DNA of 41,863 nucleotides from a virus (Duplodnaviria; Caudoviricetes), in IMG/VR virus record IMGVR_UViG_3300033076_000919, positions 1 to 41,863 of that record; one strand, 5' to 3'. The notes under the pieces were generated by a model, which saw only the letters and a program-made list of their open reading frames with translations, searched no databases and had not been told where the DNA came from. Made by a program: the position numbers and the translations under genes. Below, in pieces: positions 37,345-41,863 of the stretch. Position 1 is the first letter of the stretch. Each line of letters begins with the position of its first letter.

Positions 37345-38006
37345 TTGACCTCCACCTTGCAGGGTTGCCACGTCTTGCCGTCCGTGGAGTGATACACCGC
37401 ATTGTGCCCACGTTCTGCAATGCGAGCCCACGGCCAAAGCTGATTGCCTGCACCGTTAGGAGTCCAAACTCCTTTTGAACACACATGATTAACCTGATAC
37501 ATTCTGTCCTTTTCGCCTCCAGATTGCAGCCAGCAAATCGGCATAGGCACGTCCTCGGCGCAGTTCCAATCGCGGAACTTCGGCTTTAGCGCGGATGGCA
37601 GCGGGCGCTTTGTGCGCGTGTGCATTGTCAATGCTTGCGCCGTGGGATTTGAGCGACCTTTCGAGAAGCTCCCCGTGAATCCGTATTCAAAATCTTCTTC
37701 CGGCTCCAAGCTTTCTCCAAGCACGGCAGGACGCCAACCGCCCGCTAAGTCTTGCGCAGTCCATTCATCCACGCGGTGCCACTGCTCGCCATCTCCGAGG
37801 ACGTGGCCGTTGACCTCGCGGCCAAGCTCGAAAGGCTTGATGCGGTAGTGCTGATGGCTTGTCCATTGTGGCGAATCAATATCCCACCATGTTTTTCCTT
37901 GATTAGTAGTGGCTTGAATCGGCGTATTTGGGTTTTCCCTCCACGCCGCAAAAGTGGCAATTGTCTGTTCGGTGAGTTGTTCAGGTGTCATAGGTAAGTT
38001 GTTCAT
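37341..38006 (-). CDS. Hypothetical phage protein
   Basis: Trp-rich; P.W....YRIKP motif and C-terminal YHSTDG.TW.PC. Confidence 0.75.
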   Translation of the reverse strand: MNNLPMTPEQLTEQTIATFAAWRENPNTPIQATTNQGKTWWDIDSPQWTSHQHYRIKPFELGREVNGHVLGDGEQWHRVDEWTAQDLAGGWRPAVLGESLEPEEDFEYGFTGSFSKGRSNPTAQALTMHTRTKRPLPSALKPKFRDWNCAEDVPMPICWLQSGGEKDRMYQVNHVCSKGVWTPNGAGNQLWPWARIAERGHNAVYHSTDGKTWQPCKVEVK

Positions 38007-38079
38007 TCTTCATCCTCGGTTGACCAAGCAGACCCCACAGGGCGCGGCTCGGTCGCTCGGTAGTCGGTTACGTGCATGG

Positions 38080-38337
38080 CTATCGCTGGTGGTAGTTTCC
38101 AGCCTTTGATTTCGCGATGTGTGCCGCCTTCTTTGCTGCGCGCTGTTCGCGGCGAAGTTTTGCCGCTTCAATGGCCTCGTTCGTGAACGGCTCCGAGTCG
38201 TTCGGTGGCGGATTCAACGGAGTTCCAATGCGACGGCGTGGCTGGGGAATCTGTTGGCGAAGCGCAGGCGATGCCGCAAAGGCCGTGGAGCCAGCAAGGC
38301 TTGCCGTCATGAGTGCGAGTAGATGAAAAGGCTTCAT
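38080..38337 (-). CDS. Hypothetical protein with hydrophobic N-terminus
   Basis: Signal-like N-terminus; AA..RR..RA.K C-terminus. Confidence 0.6.
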   Translation of the reverse strand: MKPFHLLALMTASLAGSTAFAASPALRQQIPQPRRRIGTPLNPPPNDSEPFTNEAIEAAKLRREQRAAKKAAHIAKSKAGNYHQR

Positions 38338-38375
38338 AGGTGTTGGTTAGGTGTTGGTTAGGTGTTGGTTAGGTT
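38338..38375. repeat. 11-bp tandem repeat (AGGTGTTGGTT x3)
   Basis: Three exact units plus a partial one fill the intergenic gap. Confidence 0.9.
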
Positions 38376-38535
38376 ACTTCTTCCGCTTCGGATTCGCCCG
38401 AAAAGGCGAGCGTTTATCGTGGCGGTCGTTGATTGCGCGGCGGATGACGCCTGCTTTTGAGGCTCCAGAGTCGTCGCATAGCTCTTTCAGCTTTAGCGCG
38501 GTCGGCGTGTCGAGTGTGATTGTGAAGCGTGGCAT
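38374..38535 (-). CDS. Ribbon-helix-helix (CopG-like) regulator
   Basis: MPRFTITLD......L.EL....G.SKA.VIRRAI. Confidence 0.8.
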   Translation of the reverse strand: MPRFTITLDTPTALKLKELCDDSGASKAGVIRRAINDRHDKRSPFRANPKRKK

Positions 38536-38537
38536 GG

Positions 38538-39074
38538 TTATTGGAAAAGAAATGAATCTTTGTGGTGGTGTTTCTCGCTCATGCAAATAGTGTCGTTGTG
38601 CGCTCCTCCGTGGCATACAAGAAGGATTTCCAAGGGCTCAAACCCGCGATTCTTTCCCATCCCTACGCTATTCCATCCAAAGCTTAGTACTGTGGCATTC
38701 TGCGCGCATACGAGGGCAATCGCGTTCCTCCATTCCATCCATGTTTTCGACTGCGTATCTTGCATAGTGCATTGCCGCCCTATTTGGCTGTAGCATTCGG
38801 AGATTTGGCGAGGAGAATACGGCGGATCAAAAATCACCAAGTCTGCTTTCACTTTCGCGGCGTGAAGCGTTGCCAGAAATTCCAACGCTTCCATGTGATA
38901 TTCCGCCGATGTCTCGGGGCTTAGGTCGTTCGTATGCGTTGCCCACCGATTGTTCCTCGCAAATGGGTCTATGCTGACAGTGGAAGCGGCAATGTGCGAT
39001 TTAACCCAATCTCCAATAATGGGGATTGAAAATGTATCGGCGCTTGGCATCGCCCAATAGCGGGAAAACTTCAT
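38538..39074 (-). CDS. Adenine-specific DNA methyltransferase-like protein
   Basis: SIDPFA, TNDL, FDPPYS.RQ..ECY and VCHGG.HNDTI. Confidence 0.85.
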   Translation of the reverse strand: MKFSRYWAMPSADTFSIPIIGDWVKSHIAASTVSIDPFARNNRWATHTNDLSPETSAEYHMEALEFLATLHAAKVKADLVIFDPPYSPRQISECYSQIGRQCTMQDTQSKTWMEWRNAIALVCAQNATVLSFGWNSVGMGKNRGFEPLEILLVCHGGAHNDTICMSEKHHHKDSFLFQ

Positions 39075-39265
39075 TGCAGATTCTGGAATTGTTTGATGGC
39101 AAAATCGCGCCCCTTTTTTGTCGCGCTATAGTCAGCATCGCCAATCTGGTTCCCCCGTGAATCAACCAACTGAATCACCCACAGGCGTTGGCGCTTGTCA
39201 TACCAGTATCGGACATTTCCAGTTTGATAAAGCTTCCATGTGTAGGTTTCGCGATTTGCTTTCAT
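39071..39265 (-). CDS. Hypothetical protein
   Basis: WYD...R.WV....D..GNQIG.A.Y; ATG 7 nt after TTGCCA-17-CACTGT. Confidence 0.7.
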   Translation of the reverse strand: MKANRETYTWKLYQTGNVRYWYDKRQRLWVIQLVDSRGNQIGDADYSATKKGRDFAIKQFQNLQ

Positions 39266-39381
39266 GTGGTGAACAGTGGTGTATTTCGGTGCGCTTGGCA
39301 ACAAAAATGTGCAGCTAATTTATAGAATGGCGGAAACCCCTGAGTTTTACCGGATTAGCGCGGGGATTGCTTGTTTTTCGG

Positions 39382-39945
39382 TCACGCTAGCCCCTCCCAT
39401 GCCGCGAGCAGTTCGTCTGCAATCCTGTCGTCGTTGCAATACGGCATCCCGTCATCAAGCCGTGGAAGAATCAGGTCAATGGTTGCCACGGTCGCTTTCC
39501 ATCCTGCCTCGGCGGCTCCGGCGCAGGCTGCGATGAAGGCGGCGTTGGCGTCACACTCGGCTTTGTATTCTGAACGAAATGGATTTCCGTTTGTGAGCCC
39601 CCAGCAAAGAGCTACTTTTCTCCCGCTGGCTGCGCGAACGTCGCAATTTACTCCGCTTACTACATCGTGAATCCACTTCCCCGGCGTGCGCTTCTCAGCA
39701 ATTGCGAGGAGTTCAACGCAGCGGGCGCGGATTCGGGCTAGGCGGTCGGTTGTGGTCATAGTTTGGTGAGTTTGAAGGTATCTATATTCAGCGGATTCTT
39801 TCGACATAAAAGGACCAACCCTAAGCGCTTGTTTTCTCTGCCCGTGCGTTAGACTTGGGTGGTTGTAATACCACCGTTTTCCTACCTGAAATGGCTCAAT
39901 TTTCTTTATCGTGATTTCTGGTTTGGCGAGTGCTTGGGTATTCAT
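39382..39945 (-). CDS. Hypothetical protein with C-terminal Ead/Ea22-like domain
   Basis: AEKRTPG.W...NAAFIAAC; possible internal start at 39759 (MTTTDRL). Confidence 0.65.
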   Translation of the reverse strand: MNTQALAKPEITIKKIEPFQVGKRWYYNHPSLTHGQRKQALRVGPFMSKESAEYRYLQTHQTMTTTDRLARIRARCVELLAIAEKRTPGKWIHDVVSGVNCDVRAASGRKVALCWGLTNGNPFRSEYKAECDANAAFIAACAGAAEAGWKATVATIDLILPRLDDGMPYCNDDRIADELLAAWEGLA

Positions 39946-39947
39946 AT

Positions 39948-40235
39948 TTATTTTTGGTTTTGTGGGCTTGGTATTGCGTAGGCTTGAACTTCCGTCATGG
40001 GCTGCTTGGCAATCCACTCTGCAAACTTGGCTTCGCAGTCAGCGCCGTCTGCTGAAAACAGATACGACTTGGAATACTGAACACCGCCGCCATGCACGCG
40101 GCGAAGCCCGTTCGGGAAGTGCTTTGTAACCAGCGTCTCGAAAACGTATTCCTGCACGCGGCCATTTTTGGTCTTGAATGTGCGCTTGCTGCGGTTCGTG
40201 CAATATTCGTCGTCGGGTAGCGGAGTTGCTTTCAT
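39948..40235 (-). CDS. Hypothetical protein
   Basis: ATG 7 nt after TGGACA-16-TATTCG; operator palindrome at 40277-40289. Confidence 0.6.
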   Translation of the reverse strand: MKATPLPDDEYCTNRSKRTFKTKNGRVQEYVFETLVTKHFPNGLRRVHGGGVQYSKSYLFSADGADCEAKFAEWIAKQPMTEVQAYAIPSPQNQK

Positions 40236-40894
40236 GGATTGACGAATATCCCACCCCCTCCCCCTGTCCACCCTTTTTTAGCAGCTAAAACAGCGAATCT
40301 CTGTAAGCTGTTGAAAACCAAAGACAACGAACGAAAGAAAAAAGAGAGAGTATCCGCCCGGAGGGCGCAACGGCAACGCGGCGGGTGTAGCCTTCAATGA
40401 TTGCGCAAATAGGGCCATTGTTTAACGCGCGCGTAGTAAAAAGTATTACGTATCGCATAGCATTTCATACGTGCACGTAGTATCCGACAGAGGCAACAAC
40501 CCCGGGAAACAGCAAGCTTGACACACACTCAACGCTTCCCGCACATCGCGCGTTGTAAATCGGACGCAGTCCGACAAGCTGTGATTGGTTAGACGTTCGG
40601 ACGTCTTCACGGCCCCTATCTCTATTCACTCTCCAAAAAAAGTTCAAGTAAGCGCGCTTGCGCGCTGCCCTTGCGGCGAGCAACAAGCGGAGCGCAGCGC
40701 GGCAAGGGCTGGCAAAGCCAATCGGAATGTTCAAGCTTCAATCGGGATGTATGCGCACTCGCAGCCCCAAAACGCCGGGAATCGCCCTTTACGCTCGATT
40801 CTCCACCCAACAAGCGGAGCGCGACAGCGGCAATGGGGGGCTGTGTGTGGGTTCCGCATTGCTATTGTTCATCAGTTGGGGTATTTCGGTATTC

Positions 40895-41821
40895 ATGAAC
40901 ATGGATGCTCAAAACAACCGATCAAAACGCCTTTCAGAATGGATGAAGGCAAGACACGCAAGCGGCGAGATGGCGAAGATAATGGAGGCCAGAGCACTCC
41001 CATTGGTGGTGTTTGCTTGCGTCAGGTGTGGGAAGGAATCGCTACGCAAAAAGCCGAGCCCAACGGGTGCGTGTGTGAAGTGTGCTCAATTCGTGAAGTA
41101 TCAAAAAAACCCAAAAAAGAAAGACAGCCCTGCAAGGCAACACACACCCGAGATCGTCAGGCTCTATGCAGACCAGAACATGGGACACAAGGCCATTGCA
41201 AAGGCGCTCAGGATATCCCCTCGCATCACTCGCGAAATCCTCATCGAACAGGGCGTGTATCAGCCTGGAAGGCTATATCAGAGTGATCACCACAAGAAAC
41301 GCACATCAGAAGCAGGAAAAGCCAGAATACCAGCATGGAGGCATGAGGAGATAAAGAGGGAACGTAAATCAGCCAGCAAAAGAACGCGGGCCTTTCGTGA
41401 TTTGCCTCTGTTTAAGCCAGTCTATAAATCAACGCCAGAATCCAGAAAGAAGGATGCCGACTACGCACGCGAAAGGTATCAGACAGACCCAACGCACAGG
41501 CTGATTCAGGTATTGAGGAAACGGCTAAACAAGGTGGCGCGCAGAGGGCGTGGGTATGGAGGGGATAACCTGCCTTGGCTTGGATGCACACCCGAACAAC
41601 TACGAGCCCACATCGAGGCACAGTGGACAGAAGGCATGACATGGGAGACGTATGGACCAGGGCTGAAGGGCTGGCACATCGATCACATCAAGCCTTGCTC
41701 TGCGTTCGATATGACACATCAGAGCCAGCGTGAAGCCTGCTTCCATTACACCAATCTCAGGCCACTATGGGGCGCTGAGAACATAGCAAAGAGCGATAAA
41801 TACATAAGTGCTTGGCTATAA
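40895..41821 (+). CDS. HNH-type endonuclease (WHIDHI.P...FD...FHYTNL.PLW type)
   Basis: C-terminal LGC....L..HIE.Q...GMTW..YG..WHIDHIKP...EN..K motif; ATG 7 nt after TTGCTA-17-TATTTC. Confidence 0.85.
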   Translation: MNMDAQNNRSKRLSEWMKARHASGEMAKIMEARALPLVVFACVRCGKESLRKKPSPTGACVKCAQFVKYQKNPKKKDSPARQHTPEIVRLYADQNMGHKAIAKALRISPRITREILIEQGVYQPGRLYQSDHHKKRTSEAGKARIPAWRHEEIKRERKSASKRTRAFRDLPLFKPVYKSTPESRKKDADYARERYQTDPTHRLIQVLRKRLNKVARRGRGYGGDNLPWLGCTPEQLRAHIEAQWTEGMTWETYGPGLKGWHIDHIKPCSAFDMTHQSQREACFHYTNLRPLWGAENIAKSDKYISAWL

Positions 41822-41830
41822 ACTCTTTGC

Positions 41831-41863
41831 GGGTCCTTTAAAAAGGGGTGGCACCCTCTCGCA
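41831..41863 (+). other. cos-like packaging site (continues into 1-40)
   Basis: GGGTCCT (41831-37) is identical to lambda cosQ. Across the junction, CTCG...CGCTA..TA.GAAATT resembles the lambda sequence following cosN. Confidence 0.5.

Noticed and set aside
40585-40894. Upstream extension of the HNH ORF (40658) and ORF 40585..41286
   Set aside because: The sequence is not protein-like, and a promoter-coupled ATG at 40895 is the better start.

Overview
The window looks like a complete, or nearly complete, ~41.9 kb lambda-like tailed phage genome linearised at a cos-like site. The + strand carries head genes (Nu1/GpA-type terminase, gpW-like protein, lambda-family portal, fused prohead protease-HK97 capsid) and a short siphovirus-type tail module with a G/GT-type frameshift and a 341-aa tape measure protein. 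A tRNA-like RNA and a glycosyltransferase/methyltransferase cassette interrupt that morphogenesis module. The right arm (- strand) carries an iteron-containing replication initiator, a Twinkle/T7-gp4-like primase-helicase, Erf/YqaJ/SSB recombination genes, a RusA-like gene and a DNA methylase. I could not recognise an integrase, endolysin or DNA polymerase. The most striking unexplained element is an ORF-free locus at ~19.97-21.1 kb. It has a - strand promoter and terminator around a tandem array of about 7 different structured RNA modules. Most are closed by long stems, four with a GCGG/CCGC core and several tRNA-shaped, and four boxA-like AGTTCTTTG repeats punctuate the array. Other points of interest are a second structured non-coding block, a genome-wide leaderless-promoter architecture with a palindromic operator, and a RusA-like gene split over two overlapping frames. 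All protein calls come from motif recognition by eye; no searches were run.
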